This document shows positions 12,682 to 23,130 of a DNA stretch of 64,000 nt, piece after piece (position 1 is the stretch's first letter; each line of letters begins with the position of its first letter). Both the position numbers and the translations under genes were made by a program. The notes below the pieces were generated by a model. The model was not told the DNA's origin. It saw nothing but the letters and a program-made list of their open reading frames with translations, and ran no database searches. Source of the stretch: Trueperaceae bacterium. Lineage in GTDB: Bacteria > Deinococcota > Deinococci > Deinococcales > Trueperaceae. Where the stretch lies: positions 2,208,001 to 2,272,000 of the forward strand of contig CBDCDZ010000004.1 in assembly GCA_965215565.1 (NCBI GenBank), given 5' to 3'.

Positions 12682-13013
12682 AGCTGCTGTTTGACCAAAA
12701 CCTTTCACACCAACTGACTCATTTGCTCAGCGACCTCTTCCCCAACTCACTGCACGTCAGAGATGTGGGGCTCAAAGCTGCCGATGACCCCACCGTGTGG
12801 AACTACGCAAAAGAGCACGGCTTCGTCATCGTCTCGAAAGATTCCGACTTTCATCAGCGGAGCCTCGTACTTGGCTATCCGCCAAAAGTCATCTGGATAC
12901 GGCTAGGGAATTGCTCAACTGCAGAGATCAAACAACTTCTTAGGCAGTATGAGGACGCAATCAAATCATTTGAAGGCGACTCTGAAGCTACGTTCCTCAG
13001 TCTTGCATGGTAA
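12678..13013 (+). CDS. DUF5615 PIN-like toxin (VapC45-like)
   Basis: MKLLFDQNLS, VSKDSDF, PPKVIWIRLGN; GTGA overlap with the antitoxin. Confidence 0.9.
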   Translation: MKLLFDQNLSHQLTHLLSDLFPNSLHVRDVGLKAADDPTVWNYAKEHGFVIVSKDSDFHQRSLVLGYPPKVIWIRLGNCSTAEIKQLLRQYEDAIKSFEGDSEATFLSLAW

Positions 13014-13054
13014 CGAGAGTAAATTCGCTGCTTTTGCTAACAGCTAATCGCTTC

Positions 13055-13762
13055 TTATGTTCCTAGCGTCACCACACAAAGGGGTATTTCGTGAGCGCCG
13101 TCTACTTGCAAGAGCCTCGAGAGTTCATCGTCATAAAACTCCGCCCTGATCGTCGAGGCAAGCTCCAGAGAGACCGCCGCTAAGACCGCACACTGCGCCG
13201 CAGCCCCTGCTTCCAAGTACAAGTAGCGGTACGCCCGACTCTTCGAGCCGTCGTCGATGCGGCTGGGGATGCCGGTATAGGCAATGACAGCCGCGCACGC
13301 GCTGATGTCGGTGTCACCTAGAAGGGCGTCGGCGAGGTCTAGGCTGGGCTCGGTCTGGACGAGGTGCTCTAGGGCGTGTTCACGCGGGTTGTAGTGATAA
13401 ACGCCCGAAAAGACATCCTCAATGCGCCGCACAATGAGGTAGCACTCCAAGCCCGCGAGCGGAACCGCTGTGGCGTGCGTGCGCTGTCCGCCGTAGGTAA
13501 AGCCCGCTGTGGCCCACAAAATCTGCGAGATGTCGTGCTGGCGCAAGCGTCCACCCTCGGGGATGTTCTCACGTGTCGTCGAGAGAGTCTTCCAGAGTCC
13601 ACGACCGTTTTTGAGGTCAGGCACGGGCAACGAGGCGACCTCCAAGGGATTGGCATAGACCTTGTACGCGGAAATGTTCTTACCCGTTCTATTCGGCAAG
13701 GAGCCTCGGCGGTACTTGGTCTGCGATTGGAAGCTTTCGCCTATCGTCTTGTCTTTCTGCAC
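13055..13762 (-). CDS. SagB/ThcOx-type nitroreductase family protein
   Basis: GVYHYNPREHALE, AYRYLYLEAG, FYDDEL..LL.VD. Confidence 0.8.
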   Translation of the reverse strand: MQKDKTIGESFQSQTKYRRGSLPNRTGKNISAYKVYANPLEVASLPVPDLKNGRGLWKTLSTTRENIPEGGRLRQHDISQILWATAGFTYGGQRTHATAVPLAGLECYLIVRRIEDVFSGVYHYNPREHALEHLVQTEPSLDLADALLGDTDISACAAVIAYTGIPSRIDDGSKSRAYRYLYLEAGAAAQCAVLAAVSLELASTIRAEFYDDELSRLLQVDGAHEIPLCVVTLGT

Positions 13763-14024
13763 GCTCTTCTCCTAAGCAGGTGTTTTTTCGGTCTGTGTTC
13801 TCGCAAGTCTGTGTTCTTATAAGGTAGAGAGGGTCACTCACAAGGTCACAACCACGTCACAAACCTCTTGGTTACAAAAAGCTCTTAGGAACTTCTAACC
13901 TCTTTGCTGAACCTCTTCGCCGCTGCCGTAAGTCTACTGGAGTGTACCAGGAAGCTAGTCAGCTTGTCAGGACAAACCTGAGGTGCTGACTAGCTGAGAT
14001 GCTTTGTAGTGATACAACTGAGTT

Positions 14025-14996
14025 GTGACTCCCTCTCTGCTCGAGTGGTTCCACCAACATAAACGCGGTCTCCCGTGGCGGCGCGACAAGACCCCCTACC
14101 GCGTGTGGGTCTCCGAGGTGATGCTGCAACAGACGCAGGTAAAGGCGGTCATTCCTTATTTTGAACGGTGGGTGGAGCGTTTTCCTGATGTGAAAACGCT
14201 TGCGGATGCACCTTTGGATGAGGTGCTCAAAATGTGGGAAGGCTTAGGGTATTACCGCCGCGCCAGATTGCTACACGCTGGGGCGAAAGAGGTTGTGGAA
14301 ACGCATGAAGGACAGTTGCCAGAGACTTATGAAAGATTGCTCGAGCTACCCGGCATCGGCACCTACACCGCCGCCGCTATCACCTCATTAGTTTTCAACG
14401 AAGACGTTTTAGCCGTAGATGGTAACGTCAAGAGAGTCACGGCGCGGGTCTTTGCACTTTCAGGTGTTATTACAGAAAAAGAGGTAAAAGAGAAGCTACT
14501 CCCGCATCTTCCGAGAGGTCAAGCGGGCGCGTTCAATGAAGCGTTAATGGAACTCGGCGCGACGGTCTGCACGCCGAAATTACCGCTTTGCCCTGTCTGC
14601 CCGATTTCAAGGGATTGTACAGCGTTTCAAAGAGGTGAGGTCTCGAGCTTCCCCGAGCCGAAGAAGAGGAAGAAAGTCCCTCACCTGAAGAGGTACGCGC
14701 TCGTTTATCAAAGAGATGCGTCGCTTTACTTGCGGCAAAGAGGTGAAAACGAGATGTTGGGCGGGCTGTGGGGCTTTCCTCTGGTTGAGGATGCACCTAT
14801 GGGCAAGAGGTTAGAAGAGGTTCAGCACGCTTACACGCACTTCAAAATTACAGTGACGCCCGTGCTGGTTCACGAAAAGCCGGAAGAGAGTAAATCTGTG
14901 CTGCTAACCTCTATTCCAGATTTCGCACTGTCCAAACTCGACCACAAGATTTTGGAAAGGTTGCCTCGAAGAGCAGACCTCATCGCTGAGGTTTAG
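14025..14996 (+). CDS. mutY: A/G-specific adenine glycosylase
   Basis: LPWR, SEVMLQQTQV, HhH LPGIGTYTA, VDGNV, C-x6-C-x2-C-x5-C. Confidence 0.93.
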   Translation: MTPSLLEWFHQHKRGLPWRRDKTPYRVWVSEVMLQQTQVKAVIPYFERWVERFPDVKTLADAPLDEVLKMWEGLGYYRRARLLHAGAKEVVETHEGQLPETYERLLELPGIGTYTAAAITSLVFNEDVLAVDGNVKRVTARVFALSGVITEKEVKEKLLPHLPRGQAGAFNEALMELGATVCTPKLPLCPVCPISRDCTAFQRGEVSSFPEPKKRKKVPHLKRYALVYQRDASLYLRQRGENEMLGGLWGFPLVEDAPMGKRLEEVQHAYTHFKITVTPVLVHEKPEESKSVLLTSIPDFALSKLDHKILERLPRRADLIAEV

Positions 14997-15059
14997 TGCG
15001 TGTAGCGCGAAACTTAGCTGCCCTCATACACCACGTTAGTTCACGCTATAGAGTGCGCT

Positions 15060-15962
15060 GTGCTCAGTGTTCTTTTTATCCTTCTAGGTATCGCTTTGCT
15101 ATGGCGACGGTGAACTGCTGGTGAGGTTCGCCCTACGCTTTAAGCTCAGCCCCTTGGTCATCGGCTTGACGGTAGTTGCGTTTGGGACGAGTGCCCCTGA
15201 GTTGGCAGCGACGCTCACCGCGTCCTTAAACGGTGCAGAGGCGATTGCGGTAGGTAACGTCGTCGGCTCGAACATCGCCAACGTCGGGCTCATCTTGGGA
15301 CTCGCCGCGCTTTTACTCCCCATCGCGATTCAGGAGAGCGTACTCCGGCGGGAGATGCCCGTCGTGATCGGGGCTAGCGTGCTGCCGCTCCTTTTGTTTG
15401 CGGACGGGGCGGGGGTGTGGGGCGGCTCGAGGGGGGCGTGCTCTTCGCGCTGCTCCTCGCGTATCTCGTGTGGATGCTCCGCACTCCGAACGAAGACGAA
15501 GCGTTAGACCCCGACCTCTACCCGCTCTGGCTCACGCTCGCAGGCATCGTCGGCGGGCTCGTGCTGCTCGTTTTAGGCGCACAGGTGCTCATCGAAGGAG
15601 CGACCTCTTTGGCCCTCTCCTTCGGCGTGCCGGAGCGCATCATCGGCTTGACCCTCGTGGCGGTAGGGACGAGTTTACCCGAACTGGCGAGTTCACTCGT
15701 GGCAGTTTTGAAACGTGAAACCGACCTCGTGCTCGGCAACATCATCGGCTCGAACATCTTTAATGTCCTATGCATTTTAGGCGTCACGAGCATGGTCACG
15801 CCCCTAACGCTCCCCTTCGCTGCGCTCCGCCTCGACCTCTTGGTGATGCTCGCGTTCGCCGCGCTCACCTTTGTCTTTTTGCTGACGCAGCGCAGGCTCG
15901 AGCGTTGGGAGGGCGGCGTGCTCGTGTTGGCGTACGGGGTCTATGTGGCGTGGCTGTTTTAG
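15060..15962 (+). pseudogene. Frameshifted calcium/sodium antiporter (YrbG-like)
   Basis: Two GTS(A/L)PEL...GSNI repeats spread over three frames; shifts near 15100 and 15405-15420. Confidence 0.8.
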
Positions 15963-16027
15963 GCTTGCGAGCGCAGTCCAGTATCTCACAAAGCGTCTCT
16001 GTCACCCCGAATTGTTACCCTTAAACG

Positions 16028-16327
16028 ATGAGCGAACGACGCAAAACCCTAGAGCGCACCTTGACGCGCACCCTCTCTGAACTCATCCCCGAACTCCAAG
16101 ACCCACGTATCCCTATCATTGTTACTGTGGAACGCGCCCGCTTCAACGCGGACCTCTCACAAGCGAAGGTCTTGGTGAGCGCTTTGGGCGACGAGCGTGA
16201 ATTGGAACACATGGAGACCGCCTTAAATAGAGCGAGCGGCTATCTTCAACGTGAACTCGCCCGTGAGATGCGCTCGCGCAACACGCCTAAGCTGACCTTT
16301 ACGACGGACCCGTCACAGGTGTTATGA
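16028..16327 (+). CDS. rbfA: Ribosome-binding factor A
   Basis: LQDPRI, DLSQAKV, LNRASGYLQ, TPKLTF. Confidence 0.88.
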   Translation: MSERRKTLERTLTRTLSELIPELQDPRIPIIVTVERARFNADLSQAKVLVSALGDERELEHMETALNRASGYLQRELAREMRSRNTPKLTFTTDPSQVL

Positions 16328-16337
16328 GACAGTTGAA

Positions 16338-16472
16338 AGCAATGAGTAATCCCCTTTCGGGGTTACGCAGTTTTCCGAAGGAAACGATTACGAAGTTTTC
16401 GCGGAGGCGAAACGGTGAGCAACGAGTAAGAAGCCTTTCCACTTATTGCTCATTGCTCGGAACTCATTGCTA
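16338..16472. repeat. GAGCAATGAG/CTCATTGCTC oligomer array with nested mini-hairpin modules
   Basis: Related arrays at 2691-2752 and 60359-60409; two tandem TACG(A/C)AGTTTTC hairpin units at 16363-16415. Confidence 0.7.
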
Positions 16473-16508
16473 CTACAAGCAACTTCAGTTCCTCTCAGGC
16501 AACGCGCT

Positions 16509-16907
16509 GTGAGACTCCGAGTAAGATTTGCCGAAACCGACCAAATGGGTATCGCCCACCACAGCAGTTATGTCTTGTGGATGGAAGCGGCGCGGGTCGA
16601 GTGGCTGCGCGAAAGAGGGATTAGCTACGTCGAGATGGAACGTTCGGGCGTCTCGTTAGCCGTGAGCGGCGTGACTATCAACTACCGGGCAGCGGCACAC
16701 TTTGACGATGAGGTTGAGGTGGAGACCAAACTTGTGGAGGGGAAGAGTCGGCGTTTTCGCTACGCTTACAGATTGACGAGAGCTACTGACAGCACCCTCT
16801 TAGCCACCGCCGAAACAGCGCACACACCTGTTGACCGTTCGGGTAGGGCGATCAGACTTTCCAAGGACTGGTTGGGGAAGCTCGAGCCTCACCTACAGAC
16901 TATCTGA
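16509..16907 (+). CDS. Acyl-CoA thioesterase (4HBT/YbgC family); start uncertain
   Basis: RVRFAETDQMGIAHHSSY..WME.AR; the ORF-track TTG at 16446 lies inside a repeat. Confidence 0.8.
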   Translation: MRLRVRFAETDQMGIAHHSSYVLWMEAARVEWLRERGISYVEMERSGVSLAVSGVTINYRAAAHFDDEVEVETKLVEGKSRRFRYAYRLTRATDSTLLATAETAHTPVDRSGRAIRLSKDWLGKLEPHLQTI

Positions 16908-16944
16908 GCGAGAGCGCTATAATTATTCCCACTCGGGCGGGTAG

Positions 16945-18525
<1,581 letters not shown>

Positions 18526-18624
18526 CGTATGCGTTACTCCGCACCCTATATAAGCGGAGTCCGCGTCTCGCCTTGCGTTTTGCGTACGCGCAGCAAAAGC
18601 CTCCCATGTTAGCTTAGACCCACG

Positions 18625-20460
18625 ATGCAAACCCTCAAATCCCAACTCAAACACGCCCTCGCCGACGCCCTCCAGAAGATGCCCATAGATATGGAGGCGG
18701 AGGCTCCCGACATCGCGGTTCAAGAGGTCCCAGAAGGTAAGGCGGGCGACTACGGCAGCCCCGTCGCTTTTGGACTTGCTAAAACGCTCCGCAAAAACCC
18801 GGCGGCGATTGCGCAAGAGATTATCGGAGGCTTAGACCTGCCCCCCGGCGTCCGAGAAGCCAAAGCGGTTGGACCCTACATCAACTTTTTCGTGGAGCCT
18901 GCAACCTTCGTTCAGAGCGCTGCGATAGTTGACGTGCCTTTGCCCGCTCAGAGTAAGAAGGCGATTGTCGAGCACACCAGCGTCAACCCGAACAAAGAGG
19001 CGCACGTAGGGCACTTGCGCAACATCGTCTTAGGAGACGCTTGCGCCCGCATCCTCCATGCGGCTGGTTTCGAAGTCGAGATTCAGAACTACATCGACGA
19101 CACGGGGCGGCAAGCGGCGGAGTCCATCTTTGCGACGACGTATTTTAAGGCGCAGTACGACGGGTCGAAGAAGTATGACCACTGGTTAGGCGAGCTTTAC
19201 GTGAAACTTGGCGAGGCGAAGGAGACGGACGGCGAGGCGATTGAGCGAGGTGTCTCGGAGGTGATGCACCGGCTCGAGCGCGGCGAACTCCGCACGAAGG
19301 TGGAGGACGTACTCCGGTCACAGTTGGAGACCTACTACGCGCTAGGTGTCGAATACGACCTCTTGGTGTGGGAGTCCGACATCGTGCGGAGCGGCTTCTT
19401 GGCGCAGGCGTTGGACGTTCTCAAAAGCAGCGAATACGTCTTCGAACCCGGTGAGGGTAAGTTCGCGGGCGCACTCGTCATGGACGTGTCCTCTTTTATT
19501 CCTGGTTTAGAAGAACCTTATGTCGTTTTGGTACGCAGCGACGGCAACGCGGTGTACGTCGCTAAGGATATCGGCACGCAGTTTTGGAAGGTCGGGCTTT
19601 TCGAGGGGCTGAAGTTCACGAAATTTGATACGCAACCTTTAGGCAGGACGCTCTATACCAGCAATCCTGACGGCGAAGAACACCCAGACGGGCACACCTT
19701 TGCGAAAGCGGATGAGGTCATCAACGTCATCGACGTGCGGCAGTCGCACCCGCAGACGATTGTAAAAACAGCGCTGGCGCTGACCGACGCGGCGCAAGGG
19801 TTCGAGGCTTCGCATCATTTGGCATATGAGGTGGTGACACTCGAGGGTCAAGCCATGAGCGGGCGCAAAGGGATTACCTTATCCATCGATGAGGTGATTG
19901 AGGAGGCGACGAAACGCGCAAGAGGTGTTGTCGAGGAGAAGAATCCTGATCTAATCACGATTGATGAGGTGGCGCGTCAAGTGGGCATCGGCGCACTGCG
20001 CTTTGGAATGCTCAAGAGCGAGGCGAAGCGCATCATCGACTTTCGCTGGGAGCAGGCGCTCTCGCTCCAAGGGGACTCTGCGCCCTACATCCAATATGCG
20101 CACGCGCGGGCGTGCAGCATTCTCCGGGCGGGAGAAGGGTTGGATGAGAAGGATGCAGATTGGAACAAGGTAGGCGCGTTAGAGGTCAAGCTGGCGCAAG
20201 AAATCGCGCGGCTACCCGAAGTCACGCTAAATGCAGCCAAGAGCTACGCGCCGCATCTGGTGGCGCAGTATGGGCTCGAGCTAGCTACGGGTTGGAACAG
20301 CTACTACAACCATAAAGATGAGCAGGGGAAGCCGGACACGCAGGTGCTCAAAGCGGAGCCCGGACTCCGCGAGGCGCGTTTAGCCTTGGTAAGGCGCGTC
20401 AAGGAGACGTTAGCGCAGAGTTTGGACCTGTTGGGTATCGCTGCGCCCGAAGAGATGTGA
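18625..20460 (+). CDS. argS: Arginine--tRNA ligase
   Basis: EHTSVNPNK.AHVGHLRN, MSGRKG, YIQYAHARACSIL, C-terminal PEEM. Confidence 0.95.
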   Translation: MQTLKSQLKHALADALQKMPIDMEAEAPDIAVQEVPEGKAGDYGSPVAFGLAKTLRKNPAAIAQEIIGGLDLPPGVREAKAVGPYINFFVEPATFVQSAAIVDVPLPAQSKKAIVEHTSVNPNKEAHVGHLRNIVLGDACARILHAAGFEVEIQNYIDDTGRQAAESIFATTYFKAQYDGSKKYDHWLGELYVKLGEAKETDGEAIERGVSEVMHRLERGELRTKVEDVLRSQLETYYALGVEYDLLVWESDIVRSGFLAQALDVLKSSEYVFEPGEGKFAGALVMDVSSFIPGLEEPYVVLVRSDGNAVYVAKDIGTQFWKVGLFEGLKFTKFDTQPLGRTLYTSNPDGEEHPDGHTFAKADEVINVIDVRQSHPQTIVKTALALTDAAQGFEASHHLAYEVVTLEGQAMSGRKGITLSIDEVIEEATKRARGVVEEKNPDLITIDEVARQVGIGALRFGMLKSEAKRIIDFRWEQALSLQGDSAPYIQYAHARACSILRAGEGLDEKDADWNKVGALEVKLAQEIARLPEVTLNAAKSYAPHLVAQYGLELATGWNSYYNHKDEQGKPDTQVLKAEPGLREARLALVRRVKETLAQSLDLLGIAAPEEM

Positions 20461-20521
20461 TTGACGGCGTAAGGGCGAGCTTGAAACTAGTGCGACTTTC
20501 CGCCGTTGTCTAAACAGTATT

Positions 20522-20544
20522 AAAAAAAAGCCTCCTCGGAGGCT
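20522..20544 (-). terminator. Intrinsic terminator between convergent argS and the LolA-like gene
   Basis: A-run followed by AGCCTCC-TC-GGAGGCT. Confidence 0.6.
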
Positions 20545-20636
20545 CTCGACAAAATAGGGACGGAGTTCGCATTGCGCTGCATGTTGTCCGTCTCAAAGTT
20601 GGGGTAAGGAAAACCCTATTACGAATTTCTTACAAA

Positions 20637-20819
20637 TAGCAGGTACCATCTGGTCAGCTACACCCTTACTATAGAGAACATCGTTTCCTTCGGAAAACTT
20701 CGTCTGCTCGCTCACGCGGAGCAGCTTTCAGAAATGTAGCACGCACTTTAGGTGATGATATCTGCGAAGAAGTGTTGCTTCGCATAACTACGTTCAAGCA
20801 ACGATAGGTGGAACTGCTA
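20637..20819. repeat. MITE-like dispersed element, copy 2
   Basis: TAGCAGGTACCATCTGGT...TAGCACGCAC...GATGATATCTGCG...GGAACTGCTA. Confidence 0.75.
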
Positions 20820-20823
20820 AAAT

Positions 20824-21528
20824 TTATCTGTCGTCAAACACCTCAGCGTCGGGCGGGATGAAGCGCAGCTCCTCGGGGTCTAAACCGCCGTCGATGGTGT
20901 AGTTCTCAAACGTGAGGTTGGCTAAGACGCTGCCGTCCGGCTGGACGAACTCGAGGCTGTACGGCAACCACTCCCCGTCGACAACCACGGCGTTCACATG
21001 GTCTACCGGACCTTCATTGACACCGTCGAAGCGGAGCCTGTAGGCGTTCCCGGCAGGGCTCTCGCCGTAACTTTCGACAGTCGCCTCCCACCCGTTAAAA
21101 AGCCTATTGATGTTGGGCGTCGCGTTGAAGCTGCCTTCTACTTCTTCTTCGACTTCCGGGAAGAGCGAGCCGAGCGCGTCGGGGTCACTGGTGCTTAAAA
21201 TCGTGACCTGGTTGGTGACGTAGAGGTAGTTGTAGACCGAGTCACCGTCCACCACGACGAAGTTGTCGGCTAGGGCGTCGGGCTGATAGAACTCGGCGCG
21301 GGTGAGTTGCTCGTCGGCGATAAACTGCACGTCTACCTCTAAATTGATCTCCGTACCGTCGGCGTCGTAGAGGCTGCCCCTGACGAGCGCGGCGGCGTCT
21401 TGGGTGGCTTCGGCTTTCTGCTCGAGCCGCTCCAAAATTTCATCCGCGTTCAAGTCTTGCGCTGCAACCGTGGCGAATGCGAAAAGGGTGAAGAGGGTCA
21501 GGATGGTTTTAGAGTTTAGGTTTTTCAT
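20824..21528 (-). CDS. LolA-like outer-membrane lipoprotein carrier protein
   Basis: Signal peptide; RAEFYQP.ALA.N.VVVDG.SVYNY; C-terminal F.PPDAEV. Confidence 0.7.
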   Translation of the reverse strand: MKNLNSKTILTLFTLFAFATVAAQDLNADEILERLEQKAEATQDAAALVRGSLYDADGTEINLEVDVQFIADEQLTRAEFYQPDALADNFVVVDGDSVYNYLYVTNQVTILSTSDPDALGSLFPEVEEEVEGSFNATPNINRLFNGWEATVESYGESPAGNAYRLRFDGVNEGPVDHVNAVVVDGEWLPYSLEFVQPDGSVLANLTFENYTIDGGLDPEELRFIPPDAEVFDDR

Positions 21529-21814
21529 ATTCCTCCGTAAGTGGGGTCTTCAAAGCGTAACGCCCAGTTTACCCCGCGTTTTGTTCTTTAGCTGAGCGGC
21601 GTCTAACAGAATCGTGACGGCGCTACAGAAGAATTATGGCGGGCGCGGTTGAAGGTGCCGTGAGAAGAGCGCGGCGTGAGGTTGGGATTTCGTTCATCTT
21701 GATCCGTAAGGCGAGAAAAATCACACGCTGCGAGTGTCTGTGAAGGGGTCTTTAGAACCTCCACATCCTTATGAGAGTGGCTGTGCTACGCTCCAAAATA
21801 GAAAGGAGCAGGTC

Positions 21815-23065
21815 ATGAAATCCTTTATAAAATTGCTGCTTAGCATTCCCTTACTCTCACTTTTAGCCCTCGGCTTCGCGCAAGAAGACGGCGCGGTCAT
21901 CTCGCCGCAGTCCATCATCGTCAACCCCACACCCTCTTTTGAGGTGGAGACCTTTGTCGATAAAGATGACTCGGGGCGGAGCGTGCCGAGCTATGACATC
22001 GGCGAAAGTATCCGCATCGGCGTGCGCACGAGCGAGGACGCCTATATCTACCTCTTCAGCGTCAAGAGCGACGGGGAGATTCAGCAGATTCTCCCCAATG
22101 AGGTGGACAGCTACGGGCGCGACAACTTCGTGCGGGCGGAGCAAACCAAGTACTTTCCGCCCCAGGATGCCCGCTACAGCTTCGAGGTAGGCGGACCGCG
22201 CGGTTTGGACAAGGTGCTCGCGGTGGCGAGCTTGGAGCCCTTGAATACATCGGACCTCATAGAGTTCGAGTCGGAGGGGAATTTCAGAACCTCGAGCGCG
22301 GGCGAAGGTGAATTCGCCGAGTCGCTCTCGGTTGTCGTGCGCCCCCTGCCGCAGGACGATTGGGTGACGGACACAGCACTTTTCTATGTCGGCGGACGCC
22401 CCACGACTCAGCGCTACGGCACGCTCAACATCACCTCGTCGCCCGAAGGCGCACGCGCTTACGTGGACGGACGCTTCGTCGGGTACACGCCGGTGCGCTA
22501 CGGCACTACCTCGGGTACACGCGAGGTGCGCGTCGAGAGCGACGATTACGACAGCTTTGAGACGACGGTGAACTTGCGCGGTGGTGAGACCAGGGAAGTC
22601 GATGCCGGGCTCAGGCGCGTACGCCGCACGGGTACGGTGAGCTTCACTTCACAGCCCGAAGGCGCGGACGTCTACGTGGACGGTCAGTTCGTCGGTACGA
22701 CGCCCACGGGCTCGGTCACGCTGAACGCAGGCGAGTACACGGCGAGCTTTCGTCAGTCGGATTATGAAAATACAACGGTGAATTTCACCGTGGGTAGAGG
22801 CGACAGTCGGCAGATCAGTGCGGAGCTTCGCTCGAGCACCGGCACCCTGCGCGTCCAAGCGAACGTCGGCGGCGCGAGGGTGTTCATCAACGGACAGGAT
22901 TACGGCTCGGTCCCTAACGGTAGCGGGCGACTCACGATTTCTGACTTGCCAGTAGGGACGCACCAACTCACCGTGACCGCGCCGGGCTTCACGACGCATA
23001 TCCGCGAGTTCGACATTCAGCCAGGGCGCACAACGAACGTGCGGGTGTCGCAAACGCGCAGATAA
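21815..23065 (+). CDS. Secreted DUF4384 + PEGA-repeat (S-layer-like) protein
   Basis: AAGGAG RBS, signal peptide, PQSIIVNP, three S.PEGA.VYVDG-type repeats. Confidence 0.85.
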   Translation: MKSFIKLLLSIPLLSLLALGFAQEDGAVISPQSIIVNPTPSFEVETFVDKDDSGRSVPSYDIGESIRIGVRTSEDAYIYLFSVKSDGEIQQILPNEVDSYGRDNFVRAEQTKYFPPQDARYSFEVGGPRGLDKVLAVASLEPLNTSDLIEFESEGNFRTSSAGEGEFAESLSVVVRPLPQDDWVTDTALFYVGGRPTTQRYGTLNITSSPEGARAYVDGRFVGYTPVRYGTTSGTREVRVESDDYDSFETTVNLRGGETREVDAGLRRVRRTGTVSFTSQPEGADVYVDGQFVGTTPTGSVTLNAGEYTASFRQSDYENTTVNFTVGRGDSRQISAELRSSTGTLRVQANVGGARVFINGQDYGSVPNGSGRLTISDLPVGTHQLTVTAPGFTTHIREFDIQPGRTTNVRVSQTRR

Positions 23066-23096
23066 ATTCATTCCTTAATTTCCAGGTAACGCTGGC

Positions 23097-23124
23097 GTAG
23101 GGGCGATTCATGAATCGCCCCTAC
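23097..23124. repeat. GTAG-type REP-like perfect palindrome
   Basis: GTAGGGGCGATTCA/TGAATCGCCCCTAC, 28 bp, between convergent genes. Confidence 0.8.
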
Positions 23125-23130
23125 TTTTCG

